Counted from the first letter of the stretch, positions 1-9,239 are shown. The stretch: 64,000 nt of DNA from Flavobacteriales bacterium (GCA_040377305.1 JBEIPA010000011.1:96001-160000), one strand, 5' to 3'. Numbers and translations are program-made. Notes: a model not told the origin generated them from the sequence alone.

Positions 1-333
1 CGAGATGTCAGAAGTTTCCTCAAGCACTTTGAACTTCACCGTTTTTCCTTTTACAGATACGACCTCAACAATTCCAATACTCATCCAACCGGAAACGTTC
101 GACTTGAAAATTTTCGTTTCAAACTGCTTGTGCATTTCTCCTTTGTCGCCCGGACGAAGTGATTCTTCTTCGTTGAGTTGCATGACCGGAAGCTTATCGC
201 TGTCAGTAGTGAGCATTCCCTCAATGGAATAAGTTGCCGCATCTGAGCATTTTACTTCGCCCGAGTCCTGACTGTAAACAGGAATAACAATTTGATGCAG
301 AATCAGAATGAGCAGCGAAATAAATTTGTGCAT
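1..333 (-). CDS. Hypothetical exported protein, 3' end runs off the window
   Basis: Manual translation from ATG at 333: MHKFISLLILILHQIVIPVYSQDSGEVKC..., open to base 1; signal-peptide-like start. Not in the ORF track. Confidence 0.6.
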   Translation of the reverse strand, partial: MHKFISLLILILHQIVIPVYSQDSGEVKCSDAATYSIEGMLTTDSDKLPVMQLNEEESLRPGDKGEMHKQFETKIFKSNVSGWMSIGIVEVVSVKGKTVKFKVLEETSDIS

Positions 334-444
334 GATTCAAAAGTAACGAACTACGCAATTGAAGAATGTTAATATTGAGAATAGTCCTTGTCAGCTAAAA
401 AATATTGTATAATTTTCGCCATCTAACAATTTAATCTACCTAGA

Positions 445-1032
445 ATGAAAAACAAATTTATCCTTGCTGTTGCGGTTCTCGTATCAGCATCATTGATTAC
501 TTCATGTTCGATTGAGAAACGCCACTATATGTCTGGCTATCATGTTGAGTGGAAGAACAATAACGAAAAGAGCAATACCGTAACAGCGCAGCAGGACAAA
601 ACACAGACAGTTGCTAAGAATGAAACAGTAGCATTTACAGACGAGCAGATTACTGCTCCGGTAATTGAGAACACAACTCAGAATGCAGTGGTAACAGACG
701 TTACTTCGGAAAACACAGACGTCGTAGTTAACTCTCAAACTTCTAAGATTAATACTGTAGTTGCAGACCATGACGCAGCGAAGCAGGAAGTAACCGTAAA
801 GAACAACACGAAAGAGTCGGTGAAAGTTGCAGCTAAACAGACACAGAACAGTCCCGCTGACGATGTACCGAAAGGTTTGTTGATCGTTCTATGTTTCCTT
901 TTGCCTTGGCTTGCAGTAGGTCTTGCTACAAACTGGGAAGTAAAACCACTTATTATCAACCTGCTTTGGTGTCTTACGTGCATCGGCGGAATCATTCACG
1001 CACTCATCGTAGTGAACCGTGAGGTGAAATAA
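445..1032 (+). CDS. Lipoprotein with C-terminal YqaE/Pmp3-family membrane domain
   Basis: Lipobox-like ITSC, low-complexity linker, C-terminal LLIVLCFLLPWLAVG...GIIHALIVV typical of Pmp3. Confidence 0.75.
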   Translation: MKNKFILAVAVLVSASLITSCSIEKRHYMSGYHVEWKNNNEKSNTVTAQQDKTQTVAKNETVAFTDEQITAPVIENTTQNAVVTDVTSENTDVVVNSQTSKINTVVADHDAAKQEVTVKNNTKESVKVAAKQTQNSPADDVPKGLLIVLCFLLPWLAVGLATNWEVKPLIINLLWCLTCIGGIIHALIVVNREVK

Positions 1033-1343
1033 TGTCGAAGAAGACAGGATTAATTATTCTTGTTACCGGAATGATCATTGGCCCTCTGGCGCTGATGATC
1101 ATTCCTTTTGATACGTTTGACTACGGCGAAAGTATCTGCCCTTCAAAATTGTTATTTGACAGCGAATGCCCCGGTTGCGGCACGACACGCGCAACCATGC
1201 GGATATTTCATTTTCGTTTTGCAGAAGCATGGCAGTTTAACCGTTTAAGTTTTATCACTGTACCGCTCATTGGGTTTCTCTACATCCGGATCCTCTATAA
1301 ACTCATTAAGAGGATACGTGCTAAATCAGAACCCACAGCCTGA
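1032..1343 (+). CDS. DUF2752-family membrane protein
   Basis: CP...CPGCGTTRA...AWQFN motif with two TM helices; TAATG-coupled to the upstream gene. Confidence 0.8.
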   Translation: MSKKTGLIILVTGMIIGPLALMIIPFDTFDYGESICPSKLLFDSECPGCGTTRATMRIFHFRFAEAWQFNRLSFITVPLIGFLYIRILYKLIKRIRAKSEPTA

Positions 1344-1586
1344 CCGGATCTGCGCTTATTTTCCCTTCTTATTTTCCGCTTCGTTCACCGGCAACCGGCA
1401 AATTAACATTGATTTGCACTTGTTGCGGACTACCACATTGACACTGTTTACGTCCACTTATTAAGTGCGCCCGAAGGACAGAGTCCTACAAGGCGCTGTA
1501 AATCAAGTTGGAAATGGATAATGTAAATTTAGGGTGTCAAATTGCCATCCACACCGGGAGGCGAACTTGGTGGGTAGAGTACTTCA

Positions 1587-1602
1587 TGGCACATGCTTTG
1601 CA
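1587..1602 (+). promoter_or_regulatory. Putative sigma54 (-24/-12) promoter
   Basis: TGGCACATGCTTTGCA = GG-N10-GC, 33 nt before the ATG at 1636. Confidence 0.6.
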
Positions 1603-1635
1603 TTTTAGTATGAAAACGCCCTAATTTTAACGATT

Positions 1636-2415
1636 ATGAAACGCATCTTTTTAGCATCGGCACTCTTAGCAGCAATGGCTGTTCACGCTGATCCGGATCC
1701 AGTGTACCGTGTTGTAACAAACACTGCATTCAAACGTGGGGAAGAATTAAAATATCGTGTTCACTACGGTGCGATGAACGCCGGTTTGGCAACATTCACA
1801 ATCGACAACACGAACAAGTTGATCAACGGACGTCCAACACTTCACGTAGTTGCAACGGGAAATACGATCGGTGCATTCGAATGGTTTTACAAAGTGCGCG
1901 ATCGCTACGAGTCGTATGTCGATGAGCAGGCGATGATGCCGTGGATTTTTATTCGACGCGTGGATGAAGGTGGATTCAAGATCAACCAGAATCAAACGTA
2001 CGACCATAACGTTGGACGTGTGAATTCGAACGGAAAATTCATGACTGTTCCGAAGTATATACAGGATATGGTTTCTTCGTTCTACTATGCGCGTACAATG
2101 GATTTCACGAATGCCAAAGTGGGTGACATCTATTCGGTTCCTACTTTTATCGATGATTCGGTGTGGACTATGAAGCTCAAGTTTAAAGGACGCGAGGCAA
2201 TCAGAACAGATCTTGGTCGTGTGAACTGCATCAAGTTTTGTCCGGTTGTACAAGTGGGTCGTGTCTTCAAGAAAGAAGAAGACCTGCAGCTCTGGATCAG
2301 CGACGATGCTAACCACGTTCCGATGAAAGTTGAAGGTTCGATTCTCGTCGGATCAATCAAGATGTCGATCATCAGCACGGCGAATTTGATGGTGCCGCTG
2401 AATAAGGTGAAATAG
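1636..2415 (+). CDS. DUF3108-family exported protein
   Basis: Signal peptide; AFKRGEELKYRVHYG, YKVRDRYESY and LWISDDANHVP motifs of Bacteroidota DUF3108. Confidence 0.8.
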   Translation: MKRIFLASALLAAMAVHADPDPVYRVVTNTAFKRGEELKYRVHYGAMNAGLATFTIDNTNKLINGRPTLHVVATGNTIGAFEWFYKVRDRYESYVDEQAMMPWIFIRRVDEGGFKINQNQTYDHNVGRVNSNGKFMTVPKYIQDMVSSFYYARTMDFTNAKVGDIYSVPTFIDDSVWTMKLKFKGREAIRTDLGRVNCIKFCPVVQVGRVFKKEEDLQLWISDDANHVPMKVEGSILVGSIKMSIISTANLMVPLNKVK

Positions 2416-2430
2416 GTCCGCTGCTTTGTT

Positions 2431-2506
2431 AATGTGCTAATCAGGCATGAGATTTATCATTCTCACCCCGATTAGCACATTTTGCATATTAACCCATTAG
2501 CACATT
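2431..2506. repeat. Inverted short-repeat element (ATTAGCACATT units)
   Basis: AATGTGCTAATC 2431-2442 / GATTAGCACATT 2470-2481, extra unit 2496-2506; same unit at 31091-31125. Confidence 0.7.
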
Positions 2507-2540
2507 ATTAGTAATTTGGCACCACTAAAAATTCATTGTT

Positions 2541-3476
2541 ATGGGTGATGCTAAAACTCCGGACCGCACGGAAATCCTGAAGAAGATTGAAGAGAAGTAT
2601 GAGGCGCTGGGACAAGATGCAGGAAATTTCCTAAAAGGATTTTCGCACATCAAAGCACTAACATACTGGGACTATGTTGAAGTTGACACGTTGCTTTCTC
2701 TTCAGCGTCCCCGCACCGATTTTCCGGATGAGCCAATCTTCATCATGTACCACCAGGTGACGGAATTGCTCTTGAAACTTATTCGTCACGAATTGCAGCA
2801 GGTCACCGACAATCCGGATATCGACACCACACTATTTCGTACGAAGCTCGAGCGTGTGAATCGCTATGCGGGAATTCTTACGCAATCATTCAGCGTAATG
2901 CGCGAGGGAATGGATTACGAACAGTATAACGAATTCCGTTTGACGCTTGCACCAGCTAGTGGATTTCAGTCGGCGCAGTTTCGCTTCGTGGAACTGATGT
3001 GTACCGATGTTTCTTTGCTGATGAATCACCGCGTGAAAGGAAAGTACACAAACGATTCCAGTCACGACGAAATGTTCGAACACTTGTATTGGCTCGACGC
3101 AGGACTCGATCGTAAGACCGGAAAGAAAACGCAAACGCTGCAGCAATTGCTTGATCGTTATCTCGACGATTTCAAACGCACGGCGGTGAAGATGAAATCG
3201 AATAATCTTTATCAGCGCTTCAAGCAACTTGATCCATCAACGGCAGGATTTGCAGAATTGAAATCTGCCATGCGCAGTTTCGATCATACTTACAATGTTG
3301 TTTGGCCACTCGCGCATCTCAAAACGGCGGAACACTATCTCAATTCGAAAGGAGAAACGAAAGCTGCGACCGGCGGAAGTGAATGGCAGAAGTATCTGCA
3401 TCCTTCTTACCAGCGCAGAATTTTCTTCCCGGATTTGTGGACTGCGGAAGAGTTGGAGAAGTGGGGAACGTTTTAA
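2541..3476 (+). CDS. kynA: Tryptophan 2,3-dioxygenase
   Basis: YWDYVEVDTLLSLQ, FIMYHQVTEL, PASGFQSAQFR, ATGGSEW motifs. Confidence 0.92.
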   Translation: MGDAKTPDRTEILKKIEEKYEALGQDAGNFLKGFSHIKALTYWDYVEVDTLLSLQRPRTDFPDEPIFIMYHQVTELLLKLIRHELQQVTDNPDIDTTLFRTKLERVNRYAGILTQSFSVMREGMDYEQYNEFRLTLAPASGFQSAQFRFVELMCTDVSLLMNHRVKGKYTNDSSHDEMFEHLYWLDAGLDRKTGKKTQTLQQLLDRYLDDFKRTAVKMKSNNLYQRFKQLDPSTAGFAELKSAMRSFDHTYNVVWPLAHLKTAEHYLNSKGETKAATGGSEWQKYLHPSYQRRIFFPDLWTAEELEKWGTF

Positions 3477-3563
3477 CCAAACGATTGTCAGATTGAATTT
3501 TCTCGCCTGACTTTTTTCCTGAAAGCTTGTGCGGTATTGTTTGTCAGAACATCGCTCGTTTAC

Positions 3564-4028
3564 TTAATACTTTCCAAAGCGTTTCTCCAAAGCGATCATT
3601 CTGTATTCGAAAATATTCTGCAATTGTTTTTTGATGAAAAGTGTATTCGCAAGTACTCCGAAAATTCCAAAAGGAGGTTGATAGGTAATGATATCAGTCA
3701 TTAAAACCCCACCTTGAATAGGTTCAATTTTATGCTGATGATGCCACATGGCATACGGACCCACTCGCTGTTCATCCACGAAATATTCATTCTCTCTCAC
3801 GTGCGTTATTTCAGTTACCCACTTCAGTTTTATTCGAAGTATTGGACTTACCGTGTATGAAATGATCATGCCCGGATACATTTTCTCTGAACCGTTATTG
3901 CTCCTTATAATAAAGCCCATGTACTCCGGAGTTATTACTTTCAGATTCGACGGGGAGGAAATGAAGTTCCAAACATCGTCAATGGTTGCAGGTACTTTTT
4001 GTGTCTTAGTAAATTGATATACGGCCAT
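3564..4028 (-). CDS. SRPBCC-family protein
   Basis: WNFISSPSNLKVITP, WVTEITHV, FVDEQRVGPYAMWHHQH; start moved to MAVYQF at 4028. Confidence 0.85.
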   Translation of the reverse strand: MAVYQFTKTQKVPATIDDVWNFISSPSNLKVITPEYMGFIIRSNNGSEKMYPGMIISYTVSPILRIKLKWVTEITHVRENEYFVDEQRVGPYAMWHHQHKIEPIQGGVLMTDIITYQPPFGIFGVLANTLFIKKQLQNIFEYRMIALEKRFGKY

Positions 4029-4271
4029 AACTGGTACAAGGAGGGGCGTAAAAGTACAACCATCTGAATGCTGACACTGCACGTTGCTCTTCTTTCTGCA
4101 TAAATGTTGTTGCGTGTTTAGTTCTGTGGTAGGAATGCAAATCAGAAATTCAACAGAGATGGCTTATAGGGTGGAGTTGTCCACTTTTACCTGGAAAGTA
4201 TGGTCGAGAAATAGGGTCAAATAACGCTTTTTGGGTCAAAAACGCACATTTTTAATATATTCCAGTGATAC

Positions 4272-4297
4272 TGTAACTTCCCCTCTTTAATTCCGTC
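4272..4297 (+). promoter_or_regulatory. Putative ECF-sigma (autoregulatory) promoter
   Basis: TGTAAC-N16-CGTC, 27 nt upstream of the ECF sigma start. Confidence 0.6.
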
Positions 4298-4324
4298 CTA
4301 TACCCAGAACGCACCACCATTGCC

Positions 4325-4810
4325 ATGACCGTAGACGAATTTAACCGCTGCGTGGACCTGTACGCCGATAGCTTGTACCGGTTCATATTGAAAAACGTAA
4401 AGGACAAAGACAAAGCGAAAGACATTGTCCAGGACACGTATGAAAAACTCTGGGTGAAAGTTTCGGAAACCGAAGCGAAGAACGCAAAGTCGTACATGTT
4501 CACAACAGGATACCGCACCATGATTGACTATCTGCGAAAAGATGCGCGTCAAGGATCAATGGAAGAAGCGCCGATGATTGCAGTATCGCATAACAAGCAG
4601 TACAGCGACCTGAAGGAAATTCTGAATGAAGCTTTGAATAAGCTGCCCGATATTCAACGCTCCGTAATTCTTCTCCGCGACTACGAAGGATATTCATACA
4701 CAGAAATAGGACAAATCACGAACCTCAACGAATCGCAAGTGAAAGTTTACATTTTCCGCGCAAGAACATTTTTGAAAAACTACATTGGCAGTATTGAGAA
4801 AGTCGTGTAG
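4325..4810 (+). CDS. ECF RNA polymerase sigma factor
   Basis: Region 2 AKDIVQDTYEKLW; region 4 LRDYEGYSYTEIGQI...SQVKVYIFRAR; 161 aa. Confidence 0.93.
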   Translation: MTVDEFNRCVDLYADSLYRFILKNVKDKDKAKDIVQDTYEKLWVKVSETEAKNAKSYMFTTGYRTMIDYLRKDARQGSMEEAPMIAVSHNKQYSDLKEILNEALNKLPDIQRSVILLRDYEGYSYTEIGQITNLNESQVKVYIFRARTFLKNYIGSIEKVV

Positions 4811-4890
4811 TTTGTCAGACCGAGCGGAGTCGAGGGCGACAAGACAAGAACATTTTTGAAAAACTACATTGGCAGTATTGAGAAAGTCGT
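4761..4890 (+). repeat. 46-bp perfect direct repeat of the sigma 3' end flanking a REP-like insert
   Basis: CAAGAACATTTTTGAAAAACTACATTGGCAGTATTGAGAAAGTCGT at 4761-4806 and 4845-4890; TTGTCAGACCGAGCGGAGTCGAGG lies between. Confidence 0.9.
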
Positions 4891-4936
4891 ATAACCACAT
4901 TGGCATCTACTAATCAGAATCGAAAATCAACTAATC

Positions 4937-6742
4937 GTGAACATTAACCGCAATAACGCCGAAGCCTTCTTCCTCGATTACTACGAGGGGAACTTGTCCG
5001 AAGGACAGGTGGCCGAGATGTTTGCGTTCCTGAAAGCGAATCATGATCTGCGTGAAGTGTTTGAAGCTTTTTCCAATATTCAGTTGGATGCCGAAGATGA
5101 TTCCGACTCGACACTCATTCATCATTCCTCTTCCGACCGAACTCCCGATTTCTCTTTCCTGAAGAAAGAACCTGTTGTTGATATTCACGAGAAAGCTCAG
5201 GAGTGGATGGTTGATTTTGTGGAGGGAACTATTTCTGTTGAAGACAATACTTCGCTCGGGAAATACCTGGCTGAAAATCCTTCGAAGCGTGAAGAACTTG
5301 CAGCTTTTGAGAACACCGTATTACGTGCAGACGAAAACGAAACAATCGGCGATCTCAGTAGCCTGAAGAAAGAAACGGCGATCACGTCCGAGAATTTCGA
5401 GCACTATGCAATTGCATTGATTGAAGGAACCATTTCTCCGAATGAGAAATCGCTCCTTGAGTCATTTGTGCTCACGCATCCTGAGTTCAGTATTCAACTC
5501 GATTCATTCCGGGATTCTGTTCAGAAAGCAGACGAGTCGATTGTATTTGACGCGAAATCGTCTTTGAAGCGTTCTTCAGTTGTGGTTACCAAAGACAACA
5601 TCGAAGAATTGCTCTTTGATAAAACAGAAGGACAACTTGCCTCTCACGAAGAAGCAGCAGTGGATGCATTCCTTGCTGCAAATCCGGAATACAAAAACGA
5701 TCTCGGGTTATTGGCGAAGACAAAACTCGTTCCTGATACAACTGAAACGTTTGACGCGAAAGACAAACTCAAGCGCGGAGTAACTTTGATCAACGAAAGT
5801 AACTTCGAACAGTATTTGATTTCGGCTTCAGAAGGATTGCTTAACCGCGAGGAGTTGAAGGCGTTCAATTCATTTGTTGTCACACATCCGAAATACAGAA
5901 ATGCACTTGCTCTTTACGCTGCAACAAAATTGCAACCGGATATGTCTGTCGTGTACGACGACAAAGAAGGACTGAAGCGCAAAGAAAAAGGTGCGATCAT
6001 CTGGTTCAGCGTAGGATTCCGTTATGCGGCGGCAGCTGTGCTCGTGATTTTGCTCAGCGTTTATTTCTGGACGAAGTTCGATGCTTCTAATCAGGGAGAT
6101 GTTGAAATGGCGGATAAAACGAAGCAGAATTTCCAGAACAATGACGTGATCCCACTCGATAACAATACGCAGCCGGGCACGAATCCAAACGCGCTTGCAA
6201 GCAACACCGACGAAAACACTTCAAAGTTTCCGGAGTGGAACACAAACAATGCAAACAAGGATGACGTGAACGGATCGCGCAAGGTTGTGGATCCTAATCC
6301 GGAGGAAAATATTCTTGTTGCAACTTTCACACCGATAACAATCCTGGTGTCAAGTATTCCGAATGGGGCAAACGAAAGTGTTGCATTCTCGGGGGCGTTA
6401 TATGACGTTGTATTCAACGACAACAACAAGACGCAACCTGTTGCCGAAGTTCCTGCAGATGATTACATCACTCCGGGACAATTAGCAATGCGTTGGATGA
6501 AAGACAAGATTGACGGCACTGATCCTATGCTGGTAAGTGGGCAGGATGATGTTGTGAACACATGGAGTGCACCGGGCAGTAAGCCAGATCCAAAAGACAA
6601 AAACGTCGATGGAATGGACATCACCGAAAGTGCAGTGAACCGTGTTGGGCAATCGGCTGCTCATGGCAATATCGCTATGGAGCAGCGCAAGGACGGAACG
6701 TATCTGCAGCTGTGGAATTACGAAGTGCGTGTGGGGAAGTAG
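4937..6742 (+). CDS. Putative transmembrane anti-sigma factor with five tandem N-terminal repeats
   Basis: Downstream of the ECF sigma; five ~67-aa repeats (EG.L/I...F...NP/HP...LKK/R), one TM helix (RYAAAAVLVILLSVYFW), extracytoplasmic tail. Confidence 0.7.
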   Translation: MNINRNNAEAFFLDYYEGNLSEGQVAEMFAFLKANHDLREVFEAFSNIQLDAEDDSDSTLIHHSSSDRTPDFSFLKKEPVVDIHEKAQEWMVDFVEGTISVEDNTSLGKYLAENPSKREELAAFENTVLRADENETIGDLSSLKKETAITSENFEHYAIALIEGTISPNEKSLLESFVLTHPEFSIQLDSFRDSVQKADESIVFDAKSSLKRSSVVVTKDNIEELLFDKTEGQLASHEEAAVDAFLAANPEYKNDLGLLAKTKLVPDTTETFDAKDKLKRGVTLINESNFEQYLISASEGLLNREELKAFNSFVVTHPKYRNALALYAATKLQPDMSVVYDDKEGLKRKEKGAIIWFSVGFRYAAAAVLVILLSVYFWTKFDASNQGDVEMADKTKQNFQNNDVIPLDNNTQPGTNPNALASNTDENTSKFPEWNTNNANKDDVNGSRKVVDPNPEENILVATFTPITILVSSIPNGANESVAFSGALYDVVFNDNNKTQPVAEVPADDYITPGQLAMRWMKDKIDGTDPMLVSGQDDVVNTWSAPGSKPDPKDKNVDGMDITESAVNRVGQSAAHGNIAMEQRKDGTYLQLWNYEVRVGK

Positions 6743-6852
6743 TAAGTAGTTAAGGTTTTAAGTAGGCGAGTAAACGAACTTCAGTTTTCTGCTCCCTTTT
6801 TTATTTAAAATTCATGACTTGCCTACTTAAGGACTTAGGGACTTACAACTTC
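6743..6852. repeat. Inverted 8-mer repeat element
   Basis: TTAAGTAGGCGAGT 6758-6771 / ACTTGCCTACTTAA 6817-6830, followed by GACTTA.. units. Confidence 0.6.
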
Positions 6853-7000
6853 ATTTAACATTTGGTAACTTAGAGGTTAAATCCCAGGCGGCGGAACCAC
6901 CGTAGATGGAGAGTCACTGAGTATTTGAGCCATGAAGTAGGAAAGTCACTGACGAATTCCCACTGGTCTACTTTCTGACTTAACTACTTACAAACTTTAA

Positions 7001-7510
7001 ATGAAAATGTTTCTCGCAACAGTCACACTCGCAATCGGACTCGCCAGCTGCGGATCTCCCGATACAATTCCGGTTAAAGAAAATTCAGATTCAACAATCA
7101 CCATGAGCGATACCACAAAGAAAGTCCCGGCAACAGATGCAGAATGGAAAGCGCAACTTACTCCCACACAATACAACATTCTGCGTGAGAAGGGAACAGA
7201 ACGAGCGTTCACAGGCGAATACTGGGACAATCACGCGCAAGGAGTTTACCATTGTGCCGGATGTAATTCTGTGTTGTTTTCTTCGGAAGAAAAATTCGAC
7301 AGCGGATGCGGATGGCCAAGCTTTTCATTGCCCTGGGATTCTACAGCAGTGAATTATCATGAAGACGTTACGTACGGCATGAAACGAACTGAAGTCACCT
7401 GCAAGAAATGCGGAGGTCACCTCGGTCATGTTTTCGACGATGGTCCACCGCCAACGAATCTGCGCTACTGTATTAATTCCGGTGCGATGGTCTTTGTGAA
7501 AAAGGAATAG
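7001..7510 (+). CDS. msrB: Peptide-methionine (R)-S-oxide reductase, lipoprotein form
   Basis: [43 protein letters not shown]; lipobox LASC. Confidence 0.95.
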   Translation: MKMFLATVTLAIGLASCGSPDTIPVKENSDSTITMSDTTKKVPATDAEWKAQLTPTQYNILREKGTERAFTGEYWDNHAQGVYHCAGCNSVLFSSEEKFDSGCGWPSFSLPWDSTAVNYHEDVTYGMKRTEVTCKKCGGHLGHVFDDGPPPTNLRYCINSGAMVFVKKE

Positions 7511-7531
7511 TGCGCATTTCAAATAGCTTTT

Positions 7532-7564
7532 AAAACGACTGGCATTGCCGGTCGTTTTGTTTTT
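7532..7564 (+). terminator. Intrinsic terminator
   Basis: AAAACGACTGGC-ATT-GCCGGTCGTTTT plus T-rich tail after msrB. Confidence 0.6.
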
Positions 7565-7639
7565 AGGTGTGTAGTTCTCCAATGAAATAAAAAACCCCGC
7601 GAGACAAGCTCTGCGTGGTTCGGGGATAATTACAAATAC

Positions 7640-7975
7640 TTACTTATTCTTCGCATGTCCTGGATTTGTAGACTGCGGATGATGTGGGTTATTCGGATTT
7701 TTATTCCACCCTTTTTTCTTTCCGTGATTCGCTCCGTTGTTTCCTTTTTTGTCTTTCGGATTCTTCACCTGATCAGGAGCAGGAGCTGTTGTGCCTCCCG
7801 GAGTTGATGTGCCCGGACGTGGTGTTGGAGCTGGAGCCGGTGGAGCTGGAGCTGGAGGTGCAGGAAGTGTTGGAGGTGCAGGTGTTGTTCCCGGACGTGG
7901 ATCACCAGGACCGCCTGCGTATACTGTTCCAAACATCATTACGATTGCGATTGCAGTTGCGAGTGTGGTTTTCAT
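7640..7975 (-). CDS. Small secreted Pro-rich, basic protein
   Basis: Signal peptide (...GTVYA), PAP-rich stretch, C-terminal GKKKGWNKNPNNPHHP; own promoter and terminator. Confidence 0.75.
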   Translation of the reverse strand: MKTTLATAIAIVMMFGTVYAGGPGDPRPGTTPAPPTLPAPPAPAPPAPAPTPRPGTSTPGGTTAPAPDQVKNPKDKKGNNGANHGKKKGWNKNPNNPHHPQSTNPGHAKNK

Positions 7976-8007
7976 AGTAGATAGTTATTGATATCTGTCA
8001 TGAATAT

Positions 8008-8023
8008 TGCAAAGCAGTTGCCA
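8008..8023 (-). promoter_or_regulatory. Putative sigma54 promoter
   Basis: Minus strand TGGCAACTGCTTTGCA (GG-N10-GC), 32 nt before the ATG at 7975. Confidence 0.6.
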
Positions 8024-8080
8024 AACACGAAAAAGTGTTGTGTAATAATGCAAGTGGTCTTCTCTGCACATCAAGTGGAC

Positions 8081-8112
8081 AAAAAAATCCCGACGAGCAG
8101 CGCTGTCGGGAT
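8081..8112 (-). terminator. Intrinsic terminator
   Basis: Minus strand ATCCCGACAGC...GTCGGGAT followed by a T run. Confidence 0.65.
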
Positions 8113-8212
8113 AGGGATGTGTAAACTTCAAAACCAAACCACTGGCATTGATTATGCGGTGTTCAACGTCACTGTCGATGAAGAGTGAACAGCCAAACGA
8201 ATGGACGCAGAA

Positions 8213-8410
8213 CTATTGAACCATGTCACAACCTTTGCTGTTGCGACGACTCATTTTCTTTTTCTTCTTGCCACCTTTTTTGTGCTTCTTTTTCTTCGTC
8301 ATCATTTCGTGACGATCACCTTTATTTACAGGTGTTGGTCCGTTACCGGCGTATGCAGGTGCTACAAATGAGAGCATCAATGCTGTTGAAAGGGCGATGA
8401 GGGTTTTCAT
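8213..8410 (-). CDS. Small secreted Lys-rich peptide
   Basis: Signal peptide ending APAYA; mature part KKKKHKKGGKKKKK; sigma54-like box upstream. Confidence 0.65.
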   Translation of the reverse strand: MKTLIALSTALMLSFVAPAYAGNGPTPVNKGDRHEMMTKKKKHKKGGKKKKKMSRRNSKGCDMVQ

Positions 8411-8437
8411 AGTATTTTAGATTTATACTATTACTAA

Positions 8438-8453
8438 CGCAAAAGCATTGCCA
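8438..8453 (-). promoter_or_regulatory. Putative sigma54 promoter
   Basis: Minus strand TGGCAATGCTTTTGCG (GG-N10-GC), 27 nt before the ATG at 8410. Confidence 0.55.
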
Positions 8454-8537
8454 TTTGTTTGTTAAGAAGGGAGTAGCTATACAGGTGGTGAATTTTGATC
8501 AGCAAGTGGTCAAGCGCAATAAATTCGTCGACAAAAA

Positions 8538-8747
8538 CTAATTGAAATCTAAACGGGTGAAGTGTTTTTTTCCTTTACCTTTTGGATTGTCGGTATTCGG
8601 GTTGTGCGGATTGTGGCGGTTTTTGTACCAGCCTTTTTTCTTGCCGTTGCTGGTTCCGCTGGTTCTTTTCGCGTTAGGGGTAACAACAACGCATGCAGAA
8701 CTTACAAGCATGAAGCTTGCAACGATTATTGAGAGTAGTGTTTTCAT
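8538..8747 (-). CDS. Small basic lipoprotein
   Basis: Lipobox SSAC; shares GKKKGW.KN..NPH.P...NP with 7640-7975. Confidence 0.7.
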   Translation of the reverse strand: MKTLLSIIVASFMLVSSACVVVTPNAKRTSGTSNGKKKGWYKNRHNPHNPNTDNPKGKGKKHFTRLDFN

Positions 8748-8803
8748 ATACTTATTAAACGACTCTGCTCCACAGTCGTTACAGACTTAGGTCGGGAAGA
8801 CAC

Positions 8804-9013
8804 TTAGTGTCGACGGTTGGTAACAAGCTGCATACTGTTGGTAATCGGCGAGTTTCTGATTGTTCCGCTTTCTGGATCACAGCGAATATTATGAGTTGCA
8901 GGACTCATTCCAGCACTGTCCGATTTCTTATACACCTTTGTTGGCATCTGCATGCATCCGTGCATTCCAAAAAGCATCGCAATAGTGCTGAACATTACAA
9001 CGAATGTTTTCAT
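8804..9013 (-). CDS. Small putative lipoprotein
   Basis: Start reassigned to MKTFVVMF (ATG 9013); hydrophobic leader ending MHGC. Confidence 0.45.
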   Translation of the reverse strand: MKTFVVMFSTIAMLFGMHGCMQMPTKVYKKSDSAGMSPATHNIRCDPESGTIRNSPITNSMQLVTNRRH

Positions 9014-9164
9014 GACACGTGTTTTGTATTTTATACGGATGTGATCAACCGTATTCAAAACAATTCTATACTTCACTCATAATCGTCGATAGTTCCGTGC
9101 GCTAAACTCACTGTCTCGATTTCCTGCAACCGCTTCTCCGTTTTCTTCGCGCCTCCGCGGTAAT

Positions 9165-9198
9165 AAAAAAAGGGACCGCATCCTGAATGCGATCCCTT
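9165..9198 (-). terminator. Intrinsic terminator
   Basis: Minus strand AAGGGATCGCAT...ATGCGGTCCC followed by a T run. Confidence 0.65.
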
Positions 9199-9239
9199 GA
9201 ATCAAAACCACGCGTTTGCCGCGCATGGACTATCTAACC

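Noticed and set aside
4694-4906. Minus-strand ORF with duplicated peptide DFLNTANVVFQKCS
   Set aside because: By-product of the 46-bp DNA duplication, antisense to the sigma gene.
6878-6900. ZTP riboswitch (reverse strand CGCCTGGG) or hammerhead (CTGACGA/GAAA)
   Set aside because: Only fragments match; the remaining consensus, stem order and orientation do not fit.
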